64,000 nt of DNA from a virus (taxonomy: Duplodnaviria > Caudoviricetes), in the IMG/VR virus record IMGVR_UViG_3300044719_000253, positions 1-64,000 of that record. One strand, written 5' to 3'. The notes under the pieces are model-generated. The model was not told the DNA's origin. It did no database searches and saw nothing but the letters and a program-made list of their open reading frames with translations. The position numbers were made by a program, and so were the translations under genes. Below are positions 52,975 to 63,560 of this stretch, in pieces. Positions within the stretch are counted from its first letter, which is position 1, and the number at the start of each line of letters is the position of its first letter.

Positions 52975-55900
52975 TTACCACGACCGAGGCATTTTGAAAA
53001 CACCTCGGTAATTGATCACCTTGAATGAGTTACTGGTGACAGTAACAGCTGGTTGGTTATTCGCCGTACCGACAGCGCGCACCACGAAAGCACCGCTCAG
53101 GCCGGTGAACTGCGCCGACCAGCGCTTGCCCACGATGTTGGCGGTCCACGGACCCAGCGATGCTTTGGTCGAATCCGCGAAGTCCACATACACCTTGATC
53201 GAGCAGTTCGGATCACCTTGGGTATCGACCGTACCACCGATGTTGAAAGTGTTGTTGTCGAAACCACTACGGTTATCGAACGTGATCACCGGAGCATTGC
53301 CTTGCGAGGGCGAAGCTTCTGCTGCGATGATCGCCCCCGAGACCGGAATGATGCTAATGGCTTCACCACCCGACTGCGTACGGTTGTAACCACTGGGGTT
53401 GGTCAACGTCACCAACGGGGTTTGATAATTCCCCGGTGGCACGTTATCCCACTGTACGCTAAATGCACCCGCGGACAACACCACGGGGGTCGGCCCTTGT
53501 TGCACCGCGCCATTCGGGTTGTTTGCATCCGGGAACAACGTTGCCACACCCGAGGTCGGGGTGTAACGCGTGGTACCCGTGATCACAATCCGCTGGCAGT
53601 TCACGTCTTGCCCCGAGATGGTCACCACCGGCAGCACGTTCACGACCGTACCTTGGATAGCACCCACGTCCGGTGTACCACCACGACCAACACTGTACAG
53701 GTCGAGCATGTCGATCGCCGTATCCGACGCATGACCGATCAACGCACCCGCATCGTCCGGGCGGAAGTCATTGGTGGTGTTGCGCACCAAGTTCGTCCCC
53801 GAACCAGCCAGCACCGTCGTAAACCCGGTACTCGCCACCGCCATGGCATTGTCCGTATAGTTGTTATATACGTTAGCTGGGGCGATGAGGTTCAGGTTAT
53901 TGACTGGTGTGTTCCCGGCGTTGATGAATGCGTTATTGGCGATGATGCTGCCCATCGACGGTGTTTGATTCGGACCGTATGTGATCGGGAAACCCGACGC
54001 GCTACCGCGACGCACAAACGTGTTACGTTTGAACAGAGCCGTGGCCAACTGGCCACTCAAGCCATTGCTGGAGCTACCATCTTCCAGAATGAACAAGCAG
54101 TCCGTTACCGTACCCGTGCCGTTGTACTGCCCCGTGTAAATTGCGGTGGGGGCCGTGCCAGCGGCTTTCACACGATTACGCCGGAACGTCGTGATCATCG
54201 CCGTGCTGCCAGAACCCATGGCGATGCAACCCGACGATCCGGTGATATTGAACTTGAAATCTTGCAACACCGTACCTGCACTTACTAGCCATTGGTTGGT
54301 GATCGTGAGTTCGATACCTTCGGTACCATAGTCGGTCGGGTAACCTTTATCCAGGTAATTGGCGCTCGTACCAGGCACCGGTTGCAGCGTGACATTGAAC
54401 TGCGTGGTCGGGTTCTTCGCAGTAAACGAAGATTGCGCTGACACAGTTGAGCTCTCGTACACTTCACCCAGCAGCGATTGCTGATTTGCGGTCAAATCAA
54501 ACGTGGCTGCAAAATCGGTAAACGCTTTGATCGTTGCGAAGTCTTTACCGGTACCGATCGATTTCACCACCAGGGTCGGGGTGCTCGGGGTCGGATTGGG
54601 TACGATCGGCGGTTTTTCCGTAATCGACACCGAGTTGTTGGCCAGACTCGAATCGTTGGTGGTGGTGATGGTCTTCACCCCAGCCGATGCACCCGTATAG
54701 GTGAAGTTGGCCGACGGAGTGTTACTATCGAGCATGACGAACACCGGCGTGAACGTACCACCGTCACCATTGTCATTCGGGATCACCTTCACCGCCGATG
54801 CCACGTAACCGTCCAGCGCCACCGTGAAGTTCGTGCTTTGTACCCCGGCACGGGCCAAACTCGGACCGGTTAACGTGACGTGCGTAGCCGGCAACACCGA
54901 GTTATACGTGACCGCGGACGGGTTGGTCAGCGAGCCGTTGTTACTGATACTGATGCTGATGTTACCGGTCTGCGACGGCGTATAGGTGAATGTCACCGAG
55001 GGGCTCACGCCCGTCATCGTGAACGACGATGGGGTGAAGGTACCCCCCTTACCGCCGTCACTCGGCGTCACCGTCACCGACCCGCTGACTTGACCATTGG
55101 CCGACACCGTGAAGTTGGTCGAGGCTTGATTGACCTGACCCAGTGTCGGACCCGTCATCGCCAACGCGGTGGCGGGGACGATCGACGCATACGCACCGAT
55201 GTCCCACGAAGCCTGACGAGTGGTACCGATAATGTCAGTCACCTGGTAAGTGGCCTGCAGATTGATACCCTTCGCGATCAGATCACTGCCGGTTTTCAGA
55301 CGGAAGTCACTGGTCGTGCTGACGAACTGATTCGCGTACACCAGGTTCAGCAGGTTATGCGACGCCGCCGTACCACCCGGTGCTTGACTCCAGTCCGAAG
55401 CGTTGTAGTCCGACGCACTGAAGTTGTTCGGCACCATGTCGTTGTTTGCAAAACCGAACAACGCGCAGTTTTTCACTACGTTGGTATTGTAGTTAAGATA
55501 GATCGCTTGCGATTTTTCGCTTGCGCCCAGCGAGAACTGCGATGGTTTGGCGATCGTGCAGTTAATCAAGGTGGCGCCCGTGACTTTCACGCCCGAGCAG
55601 GCACCCGACTGCGTGCACAACACCAAGCAGTCCTGCATCGTGGCACCGCCCGCGACGTTGACCAGACCGTACGAGGGGGCGTTCGGGCCATAACCGGCGA
55701 AGATACAGTTCTTGACCATCACACCGGTCGCATTCGCCGTGATCGCAGTCGAACTGGTACCCGTGGCGTTGACCTGAAAACCATCGATCACCGTGTACGG
55801 TACTGTACAGTTAATCGCGGTGGCGCTGTTGGTGGTGGTATGAATCGCCACGCCATTCGCCTGGTTATACCACAGCGCGTTATTAGCGCGGTTGGGATTG

Positions 55901-56136
55901 GTACTGAATGATTGTCCCGGTCCACACATCAGCGTGATGAAGTGGGACGAGTCGGTGTTCTTGCTGGCGATATTGACTTTACCAGTAGTGTCGTTGAACT
56001 CCGAATCATTGTAAACCAAGCCCGTATAAGAAAACCCAGCCGCCACCAAGTCAGCTGGGATTGAATCGATAAACGCCTGGATCGTCGAATAATCGCGACC
56101 CGCAGCGCTACCGATAGTCTTAGTGATAGTTGCCAT
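52975..56136 (-). CDS. tail fibre/adhesin with two right-handed beta-helix modules and Ig-like repeats
   Basis: Duplicated start motif TIGSAAGRDYSTIQAF / SIGTGKDFATIKAF, each ending in DFR...G.D...DIGA / DVGA; two T..TGP...STNFTV...FTYT repeats. Confidence 0.75.
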   Translation of the reverse strand: MATITKTIGSAAGRDYSTIQAFIDSIPADLVAAGFSYTGLVYNDSEFNDTTGKVNIASKNTDSSHFITLMCGPGQSFSTNPNRANNALWYNQANGVAIHTTTNSATAINCTVPYTVIDGFQVNATGTSSTAITANATGVMVKNCIFAGYGPNAPSYGLVNVAGGATMQDCLVLCTQSGACSGVKVTGATLINCTIAKPSQFSLGASEKSQAIYLNYNTNVVKNCALFGFANNDMVPNNFSASDYNASDWSQAPGGTAASHNLLNLVYANQFVSTTSDFRLKTGSDLIAKGINLQATYQVTDIIGTTRQASWDIGAYASIVPATALAMTGPTLGQVNQASTNFTVSANGQVSGSVTVTPSDGGKGGTFTPSSFTMTGVSPSVTFTYTPSQTGNISISISNNGSLTNPSAVTYNSVLPATHVTLTGPSLARAGVQSTNFTVALDGYVASAVKVIPNDNGDGGTFTPVFVMLDSNTPSANFTYTGASAGVKTITTTNDSSLANNSVSITEKPPIVPNPTPSTPTLVVKSIGTGKDFATIKAFTDFAATFDLTANQQSLLGEVYESSTVSAQSSFTAKNPTTQFNVTLQPVPGTSANYLDKGYPTDYGTEGIELTITNQWLVSAGTVLQDFKFNITGSSGCIAMGSGSTAMITTFRRNRVKAAGTAPTAIYTGQYNGTGTVTDCLFILEDGSSSNGLSGQLATALFKRNTFVRRGSASGFPITYGPNQTPSMGSIIANNAFINAGNTPVNNLNLIAPANVYNNYTDNAMAVASTGFTTVLAGSGTNLVRNTTNDFRPDDAGALIGHASDTAIDMLDLYSVGRGGTPDVGAIQGTVVNVLPVVTISGQDVNCQRIVITGTTRYTPTSGVATLFPDANNPNGAVQQGPTPVVLSAGAFSVQWDNVPPGNYQTPLVTLTNPSGYNRTQSGGEAISIIPVSGAIIAAEASPSQGNAPVITFDNRSGFDNNTFNIGGTVDTQGDPNCSIKVYVDFADSTKASLGPWTANIVGKRWSAQFTGLSGAFVVRAVGTANNQPAVTVTSNSFKVINYRGVFKMPRSW

Positions 56137-56150
56137 GTTTCTTTAACCCT

Positions 56151-58850
56151 TTAGATAGGAGTCAGTGTTGCCGGAGCTTTGATGATACCGAGCTGTGGCC
56201 AGGCATACTGCATATCGGCGCCGGATTGCGAGTACGGTGCCGAGATAGCTTTGACTTTGGTGTCGAGGGTGTCCATCCAGCCTTGCACCATAGCACACGT
56301 AGCGGTGACGATATTGGTGCCATTGTCCATTGGGGCCGGAATATCCGAGAAGAAATCACGGCGGACGAAAGCCCACTGGAAGCGTGCGGTAGTAACAGCA
56401 TCCAGATTGGCGCACGTGATATTGCCATTCACGTCCGTCATCAACGTCTCTTGGCCGTTTTGTGGATTGTTCGTCACCCATTCCGGCCATCCCGAATACA
56501 TCGGCGGGTCCGGCAGACCAGCGGCCGCATCAGAGACGGCGTCACCATTCGAGGCAATGCGATTCGAGTATACGAAGTTCTTCTCGTACCGACCTTTGGT
56601 GTAGTACAACGACAGCAAGCTGTCTTGGTCCATACGGTCGATGATGAAACGGATCGCGATATCGCACTTGGATGAACGTGCGCGCATGGCAGCCATGCAG
56701 CCAGTTTGACGCATCACCGCCAGCACGGCGGCGAAATAACCCGACTTGGAGTCGCTCAGACCACGGTACCACTTATAGCCCTGGAAGCCGTCGACACTGG
56801 TGCCGTATTGCACCGACACCGGTTGACCGAAGGTACGGATACCGATCATGGTCGGATCCATCGAGTTGTTGACCATGGCCGGTACATAAACCTGGTCGTA
56901 CACCGTTTCCAGTTCGACTTGCAGACGACGCTCGATGGTTTCCCGATCGATACCCGAAGCGTGGGTCGTTGCAGTTTTCCATGCGACCACTAATTGCCAC
57001 ACACGCCACGCATGCACGCGCGACAGGAACAGACCCGGCATGCAAGACGTCGGGTAAGCATCCCCCAACTGACCGCAGATGTGGGCGAACAGACGCATGT
57101 TGCCGCTGATCGTGTGCGCTGGGCTATTGCAGAAAATCGTCGCCAGACCCGGCGCCACATACGAGTGGTGTTGATCGACTTCCCAACCATGCCAGAAGCC
57201 TTTATGACCATCGCGCACCGGCGCCGGCCAGTTACTTTGGTTCGGCAGTGTCTTCAGCGCCACCGTGCGCGGCAGGCCACCCGCCGAATACGTGTTGTTC
57301 GAACCGTAATACGCGAAGCCGAATGAAATCGTACCGTCACGCATCCACTCTTTCGGCGGCATCAGCAGCTTTTGCACGTCCACCGTGAACATGTGGTGCG
57401 AGTGGTGGAAATACCCGTGGTTATATGCGTCCAGCATCGTGCGGTTTGGCACGTTACCTTTGAGGCGGAACCCGTTCGGTCGTGTGAAGTAACGTACGAA
57501 TGGCGTATGCAGCGCACCGCGGTCAGCGCGTGGTCCACCCGGGCCGATGTACCAGTCATGACCACTGATGGAGCCCGGCTCGACATCCCAGCCAGTGATA
57601 CCACCGTGGTGACCTTCATAACCGTGATAGGTCTTGACATCGTACAGATACGGGTCGTCGTAAGTTTCACCCGCATGCGGGTTGCCGTCGGTGTAATACT
57701 CCGTCGGCCACTGGGGCAGGCCGTACCATTGCAGCGTCGAGTTCCACTGGCCACCGTACGCCAGCGGGATGTTGCCGTTGGTGGAGGCACCAGCTTTGGC
57801 GATCGAGTCGCGCATGTAGTGGTCGGTCACGCCTGGGAAATACTTCAGCGCATTTGAGCTGTACTTCAGCTTGGCCGATTGCCAGAAGTGCCATTGACCG
57901 CATTGGAAGTGTGGCCGCATCGGCAATGGGTAACCCGGACCCCATCCTTGCGACAGGCTCGGATCGTTGATCGCCAAACCGTCACGCATCTCGAACGTCT
58001 TGAGAATTGTGCCGTCGGCTTTGCGCACTTTGATTTTGTACGGTTTCGGGAACGTGGTATCGCGATCGACGCGGAACGTGTCCGAGAACGGGTACGAGGC
58101 CCAGGTACCGTACGGCTTGTGCGAGATGATGATCTGGTGCACCGGTGTACCGGGACTTTCCAGATTCAGGCCACCGTGTACCGACAACATCGTGACGCCG
58201 AACTCGAACTTACCATACACGATGGTCTGCGAGCTTTGGGTCATGCGCACATCGCCGATTTCTGCCGCCAGTTCTGAGTCTTGGTAGACGAAGTCGTCGT
58301 TGCGGGTATCCAGATTGATCGACTTCACCAATTTGGGCGACGATGGATTCGACCAGTCTTCCAGTTCCACCGACCACGGCGCGTTAGCGTCAAGCGACGG
58401 TGCTACCGGACCGGTACCCGACGGCATACTGCGCGGGGCGGCGATGCTGATCGTGCCGAAGGCCATACCGGTTTTGGCGGTCGGGCTTTGGGTGACCTTA
58501 AAGTCGGCCGAGCTGTTGCTCAATCCCAGCGTACCTTGGATCCAGTGACCATTGCCTTCGATGCGCAACACGCTGGCGCCCGAGCTCAAGTCCTGCGCCA
58601 TGCGGATGGTCGCGTTCTGGATGTTGCCGAATTTAGCAATCTGACCGCCGCTCATACCCAGAGCACTCGCGATCGTCGCGCTGAAGAATTCCGTACCGGT
58701 ATCGAATACGGTGGTGGATGCGGGGTCCGCACTGCGTTTGCAGCGAATGGTCAGGGCACTCCCCAGCTGTGTGAGCAGAGTATTGCACCAGTCGACCTTG
58801 CTCACGGCTGCTGCCAGAGCAGATTGCAAACCAGAATCAAAAGTAAGCAT
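56151..58850 (-). CDS. large virion-associated / receptor-binding protein of unknown fold
   Basis: 899 aa, aromatic-rich; N-terminal domain resembles the C-terminal domain of the 58915 protein. Confidence 0.65.
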   Translation of the reverse strand: MLTFDSGLQSALAAAVSKVDWCNTLLTQLGSALTIRCKRSADPASTTVFDTGTEFFSATIASALGMSGGQIAKFGNIQNATIRMAQDLSSGASVLRIEGNGHWIQGTLGLSNSSADFKVTQSPTAKTGMAFGTISIAAPRSMPSGTGPVAPSLDANAPWSVELEDWSNPSSPKLVKSINLDTRNDDFVYQDSELAAEIGDVRMTQSSQTIVYGKFEFGVTMLSVHGGLNLESPGTPVHQIIISHKPYGTWASYPFSDTFRVDRDTTFPKPYKIKVRKADGTILKTFEMRDGLAINDPSLSQGWGPGYPLPMRPHFQCGQWHFWQSAKLKYSSNALKYFPGVTDHYMRDSIAKAGASTNGNIPLAYGGQWNSTLQWYGLPQWPTEYYTDGNPHAGETYDDPYLYDVKTYHGYEGHHGGITGWDVEPGSISGHDWYIGPGGPRADRGALHTPFVRYFTRPNGFRLKGNVPNRTMLDAYNHGYFHHSHHMFTVDVQKLLMPPKEWMRDGTISFGFAYYGSNNTYSAGGLPRTVALKTLPNQSNWPAPVRDGHKGFWHGWEVDQHHSYVAPGLATIFCNSPAHTISGNMRLFAHICGQLGDAYPTSCMPGLFLSRVHAWRVWQLVVAWKTATTHASGIDRETIERRLQVELETVYDQVYVPAMVNNSMDPTMIGIRTFGQPVSVQYGTSVDGFQGYKWYRGLSDSKSGYFAAVLAVMRQTGCMAAMRARSSKCDIAIRFIIDRMDQDSLLSLYYTKGRYEKNFVYSNRIASNGDAVSDAAAGLPDPPMYSGWPEWVTNNPQNGQETLMTDVNGNITCANLDAVTTARFQWAFVRRDFFSDIPAPMDNGTNIVTATCAMVQGWMDTLDTKVKAISAPYSQSGADMQYAWPQLGIIKAPATLTPI

Positions 58851-58914
58851 GTCTTATCCTAGTTGAGTAACCCCGGGAGGTTTTCCTCCCGGGGAGTTGA
58901 ACTACGTGGTTCGA

Positions 58915-61900
58915 TTAGCTCAAACCATCGATGGAACGATCCAGCGTCATCGAGAAGCTGATGCTCACGCCCGTACCCGGTGCCGGGTTATCGTTGATTT
59001 CAATCATCTTGCCCGACCCGGTCGGACCGACACTGCCCTTGATCGAGCGACTGTAATCAGCTGCGCCTTGCAGCTCAAAGTGCCAGGTACCAGAGGTGAT
59101 ATCTGCTGCGACCAGTGGATCAGTCGGGTCTGGGGTACCGGTGTTCACCGTGACATTGGTGCCGTCATCATTCGCCACCATTGGGGTCGAGAAGGTCATC
59201 GGCACCACCAGGGTATTTTCCTGGTAAATGTACAGACGGTACGGCGCAAATGCACTCACGATCGCGTTGGCACCCGCCATCCGCTTACCCGGCGACGTAG
59301 CAGCCGAAATCGCCGCATTGAATTCTGACGTGGTTTGGCTATCCATCGAGAACGGGTACACGGTCGGGTCCGGCATCACATTCACCACCACTTGCACTGG
59401 GGCGCTGGTGGTTTGGTTACCGGCGGCATCCATCGCCACAGCCGTGAATGTCAGTGTGCCGTTGTCCGAACTGCTCAACGTAACGGTGCACGTATAGGGA
59501 GCAACAGTCGAGCTACCGATTTTGAGACCATCGCGGTAGAAGTCCACCTCGGCCACGCCAACATTGTCCGATGCATTCGCGGTCAGCGTAATATTGCCGC
59601 TGGAGGAAACGGTGGCGGCAGAAGAGGCCAGCGACACGGCCGGGGGCGTCGTATCCGGTCCAGCACTTTCCGGGCGCACCGACGGGGTCGAGGTCGAACC
59701 CGTGGGCGGGAACGAATTGAGCGTCGGGTCAGGACCGTAGATGATCGTCGGCTGCAGGTTATCTGCCCAGATGCTGTTACCGCCCGACGTGTTGTAGGTA
59801 CCACGTTTCGGAATGATACCGCCTTTGGATTGATCCCAACCTTCCGGACCAATCGGACCACCAGTGTAGACCAGCTGGAACGGCGTGTCCATGATACAGT
59901 GATTGGGCGAAGCGGTCAGGAATACGCAGTCAATGAAATACACCGTGACACTGGTGCTCATCTGTTGCACGAACGTTTCACTGAAATTACCGCCCGAGTC
60001 GTTTTGTAACAGGCAGTTACGGAAGATGTATTCTTGCTGGGTGTTGGCGCCATCCTTGGAGATTTCGTGTCCAATACCGATCAGGTTGTTCTGACCAACC
60101 TTCGCATTCATGATGAAATACGAGTTCACCGCATGGAACACACCACCATCCGGGATGTCGACTTCCCGGCTTCCCGCGCCACTGCAATAGCAACGATCCA
60201 TCAACACATAGTCCGCACGGGTCTTGAAGTCGTGACCGTACTGAGAGTTGGTGAAGCGCGAACGCAGCGCATATACCCGATTGTAGTGTTGCAGGTAGAT
60301 GTTGTGCGATTGGCCGTCGGTACCGGCGCCATTGTGATCCAGCACGCAGTCCACCAGTTCAATGGTGTAGCCGTTGCTGATCCGGTTAGCCGGATCGAGC
60401 GTCGCCGACAGTACGCCATCCTGGCAATCATTGATGACCAGACGTTCCATGCGCAGATACTGCACACCCGGGTTGTGACGGATAGCGGCACCACTCAAGT
60501 CGAACGTCCAAGCCCCCACGAAACGCATGTCGCGCACCAGTACGTGACCCGCTTCGACGTTGATGATACCCTTGCCCCAAGCCAAGTGCACGGTGTTGTC
60601 CACCTTGAGGGTCGGCACCCCCGCCACGGCGGGATCGCCTGCGATGGTGTAGTAACCCGGATTGAGCATCGGCACCGTACATTCGCTCATCTGGCCCGAA
60701 CGGGTGACGTAAATCAAATCACCATCTTTGGCGGCCGCGCCGGCCAGCGCCATGGTGTCGTATTTGGTGTTACCGATACGTGCGATACCGGTGATCGTAA
60801 AGCCATTGTAATAACGGCTGTAGAAAAAGCCGGTCGACGAGTAAGTTGCTTCCAGCAGGTCAATCGCCGAACCCGCCGTCGAAGGAATCGGATCGACGTT
60901 ATTGCCGAATTTGTACAGACGGTCTTTGGTGACCTTATGGTTACCCGCCATGTCTTGCATCAGCACGATCAGGTAAGTCTGGCCCGAAATACCATTGACG
61001 ATCGGCGGAATGGTAAAGTCTGCGGTGAGTTTGATCGTAAAGACATTGGCGCGGGAACCATCCAGCGAGGTTGGGGTGATGGTGGTGGAGTCCGTGAAGA
61101 TCATTTCCGATGCACCCACACCACTACCATTGCCACTGCCCGAACCAGCGGGACCCGTGTCACCTTTTGGTCCTTTCAGGCTGGCCAGCCAATCGATCGC
61201 GGTGCCGGAAAAGCCATTGTCCACTGCCAGCTGATAGGCGCTCTTACCCGTCGCACCATTGGCGCCGTCAATGCCGTTGTTACCCGCCGGACCGGTATCG
61301 CCCTTGGCGCCTTTCAGGCTAGTCAGCCAGGCTTGCTCGTCACCAACGAAGCCATTGTCCACCGCGATTTGGTAAGCCGAACGACCGTTCGCGCCAGCAA
61401 CACCCAGGAACTGACCGGCGTTAAACCAACCACTGTCACCCTTGACCCAAATATCACCACTGATGACATACGCATCCCCGGTGGTGCCTGCCGGCAAACT
61501 GGCTTGATCGGTCAGCGTGCCGCGGATGGTAAAGCTGTGGCCGTCTTGGCCTTTGAGCGAATCCAACCAATCATTGGTGGTGCCGATATAGCCATTGTCA
61601 GTGGCAATTTGATAGGCGGATTTACCATCAAGACCGTTCTGGCCTTTCAGGCTGGCGAGCCAATCCGCTTCAGTGCCCGTGAACCCATTGTCGAGTGCGT
61701 GTTGGTAAGCGGACTTGCCATCGACGCCATTGAGACCGTCGTGACCATTGAGACCGGCCACACCTTGATCACCCTTGGCACCCTTCAAACTGGCCAGCCA
61801 CGCTTGTTCGCTGTCACCGTACCCGTTTTGTTGGGCGACCTCGTAAGCGCTTTTACCGCGCACACCCTGGAGACCATCAGCCCCATCCCGACCATTCGTC

Positions 61901-62385
61901 CCTTTCAGGCTGTTGAGCCACTCGACTTTTGAGCCTTGGAAACCGAGGTTGAGGACCGCATCTTCATACGCGCTGGCGCCGGTGCGCCCGGATGGGCCCG
62001 ATACCGTGACGACCCAACCTGTATCCGTGCCGGTACCGACGGTGTTGACCACATTCACCAGCAGCAGGGTGTCTTGGTAACTGACCACCGGACCGAACAT
62101 GACCTTGTCGCCGCCGCTATTGGCGACGGTGATGTACTGGCCTGGTTGGAAAGATTTGTCATTGGGGATGGTCAGCGATTGCAAACCCATGCCCACCGTG
62201 AGGGTGGAGGTGCTCTCGGCACCCAGCGTGTCGAGGATCTTACCGTAGATGCCGCCGATGGTTTTGGCCACGGTCGGCACCAGCCCGCCATCCGTGGTGA
62301 CCGAGGTATTGGCATCGCCGTGCAGAATTTGATGGAGCTTACCAAAATCGGCGATACCTTGATTAATCGCGTCATTGAGTGACAT
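58915..62385 (-). CDS. tail fibre with collagen-like repeats, beta-helix and Ig-like domains
   Basis: About 6 repeats of G.SAY..A..NG..G....WL.SLKG..G; GAAIRHN..DCQDG..GQSHNIY beta-helix; DTTPPAVSL..ASDNVGV..V.FY Ig domain. Confidence 0.8.
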   Translation of the reverse strand: MSLNDAINQGIADFGKLHQILHGDANTSVTTDGGLVPTVAKTIGGIYGKILDTLGAESTSTLTVGMGLQSLTIPNDKSFQPGQYITVANSGGDKVMFGPVVSYQDTLLLVNVVNTVGTGTDTGWVVTVSGPSGRTGASAYEDAVLNLGFQGSKVEWLNSLKGTNGRDGADGLQGVRGKSAYEVAQQNGYGDSEQAWLASLKGAKGDQGVAGLNGHDGLNGVDGKSAYQHALDNGFTGTEADWLASLKGQNGLDGKSAYQIATDNGYIGTTNDWLDSLKGQDGHSFTIRGTLTDQASLPAGTTGDAYVISGDIWVKGDSGWFNAGQFLGVAGANGRSAYQIAVDNGFVGDEQAWLTSLKGAKGDTGPAGNNGIDGANGATGKSAYQLAVDNGFSGTAIDWLASLKGPKGDTGPAGSGSGNGSGVGASEMIFTDSTTITPTSLDGSRANVFTIKLTADFTIPPIVNGISGQTYLIVLMQDMAGNHKVTKDRLYKFGNNVDPIPSTAGSAIDLLEATYSSTGFFYSRYYNGFTITGIARIGNTKYDTMALAGAAAKDGDLIYVTRSGQMSECTVPMLNPGYYTIAGDPAVAGVPTLKVDNTVHLAWGKGIINVEAGHVLVRDMRFVGAWTFDLSGAAIRHNPGVQYLRMERLVINDCQDGVLSATLDPANRISNGYTIELVDCVLDHNGAGTDGQSHNIYLQHYNRVYALRSRFTNSQYGHDFKTRADYVLMDRCYCSGAGSREVDIPDGGVFHAVNSYFIMNAKVGQNNLIGIGHEISKDGANTQQEYIFRNCLLQNDSGGNFSETFVQQMSTSVTVYFIDCVFLTASPNHCIMDTPFQLVYTGGPIGPEGWDQSKGGIIPKRGTYNTSGGNSIWADNLQPTIIYGPDPTLNSFPPTGSTSTPSVRPESAGPDTTPPAVSLASSAATVSSSGNITLTANASDNVGVAEVDFYRDGLKIGSSTVAPYTCTVTLSSSDNGTLTFTAVAMDAAGNQTTSAPVQVVVNVMPDPTVYPFSMDSQTTSEFNAAISAATSPGKRMAGANAIVSAFAPYRLYIYQENTLVVPMTFSTPMVANDDGTNVTVNTGTPDPTDPLVAADITSGTWHFELQGAADYSRSIKGSVGPTGSGKMIEINDNPAPGTGVSISFSMTLDRSIDGLS
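61100..62000 (-). repeat. coding tandem repeats (collagen / SAY-WL motif)
   Basis: Imperfect repeats within the tail fibre CDS. Confidence 0.8.
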
Positions 62386-62409
62386 GTGAAATCCTTTGCA
62401 AATGCAAGG

Positions 62410-62916
62410 TTATAAATAGCCCTGGGACGGGAGAGTGATATTAACCAGTTCGCTCAGTAACGCCAGTTCGGGCGGCAGGTTAAAGGTATAATCCGCCGTG
62501 GTTTGCCCGTACCACTTGATCGCGGTCGGTTTAGCCACCAAAGCAATTTGACCTACGGTACCGATTTCCAAGACCGGCACGATGAAGGGTTCAAATTCTT
62601 CTGCCAGCAGATCAATCCCTTTGTTGGTACTGATCATGGCCAGAAACTCATCCGGGGTGATGGCGTCAGCGCTGACCACCCCGATATACCCCAAACCCGA
62701 CACCGCCAAGCGGTTATAGAACACGTTCATATTGCCACTGAACGAGCTATTCGGATTGGCACTCACTGTGACTTGGGTATTGCGACCCTGGTAGTCAACC
62801 ATGGTGGGGGCAGAAAACGTGACATCATCCACCGTCAAGGTGGTGTGATTGTCATGGTTAATCAAGTCGATCAATTCTTGCTTGGCCGTGATCGTCGGCG
62901 TGGAGGTAGTGGTCAT
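62410..62916 (-). CDS. phiKZ-like tail-fibre-associated virion structural protein
   Basis: ELIDLIN.DN...L....V.F..P....RNT.V.V.A...G...V.Y.RL motif typical of phiKZ-like virion proteins. Confidence 0.65.
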   Translation of the reverse strand: MTTTSTPTITAKQELIDLINHDNHTTLTVDDVTFSAPTMVDYQGRNTQVTVSANPNSSFSGNMNVFYNRLAVSGLGYIGVVSADAITPDEFLAMISTNKGIDLLAEEFEPFIVPVLEIGTVGQIALVAKPTAIKWYGQTTADYTFNLPPELALLSELVNITLPSQGYL

Positions 62917-62990
62917 GAAACCCTCAAATAAATATTAATTTACCTCATGGACATACCATAATTCACCGCCCAAAGGTGACATATGCACAA

Positions 62991-63028
62991 CGGGTCAGGC
63001 GGAGATCCGCCTGACCCGACTATGCTGT
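62991..63028. terminator. hairpin flanked by TATG motifs
   Basis: cgggtcaggcgga ga tccgcctgacccg 13-bp stem followed by actatgctgt. Confidence 0.65.
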
Positions 63029-63039
63029 CATTCCGAGGG

Positions 63040-63531
63040 TTATGCTGCCGCCCAGTCCGTTACCGGCAACTGCGCGATGGTTTGGCGCTGCAAACTGCTG
63101 GCCAGCCACTGGACGGCTTGGTACAACGTGCCAGGGTCGAACCGCCATGAATTCGGCAAGCCGAGGGCGGCACCGACCGCTTCCGAACAGAACCATTTGC
63201 GCTTGTCATCCCCCACCACGCTGAACAGGAAGTGGATATTCCCGAGCAGGTCGTAGGGTTGGCCCAGATGGTCTTGGAACCACTGGCGCGCTTTGGCTTC
63301 GAACAGCTCGGCTGGCAGTTCGATACAATCCCAATGAGTGGGATCGAATTCGATTTGGGCAAAGCGCACCCCTTTATCGATGAATGACGAGGAAGCTGCC
63401 ATGCCATCACTAAATTGGATTTCGCAGTGCGAGTAAATCGATTTAGTCACCAGGCGCACCCCGTGGCTATAAATACCAGCCAGGCCGGGACGGATAGCCT
63501 TGTAAAAATACACTCGAATCGTTTTGGACAT
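63040..63531 (-). CDS. permuted papain-like (YiiX/NlpC-P60-related) amidase
   Basis: YSHCEI...S...GVR ... G.PYD..G ... WFCSE.V. Confidence 0.7.
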   Translation of the reverse strand: MSKTIRVYFYKAIRPGLAGIYSHGVRLVTKSIYSHCEIQFSDGMAASSSFIDKGVRFAQIEFDPTHWDCIELPAELFEAKARQWFQDHLGQPYDLLGNIHFLFSVVGDDKRKWFCSEAVGAALGLPNSWRFDPGTLYQAVQWLASSLQRQTIAQLPVTDWAAA

Positions 63532-63560
63532 GTTAGACCTTTTTTGATTATGCGTGCAGA

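Noticed and set aside
61100-62000. CRISPR-like repeat array
   Set aside because: The repeats are degenerate, in-frame codon repeats of a collagen-like fibre; there are no identical direct repeats with unique spacers anywhere in the window
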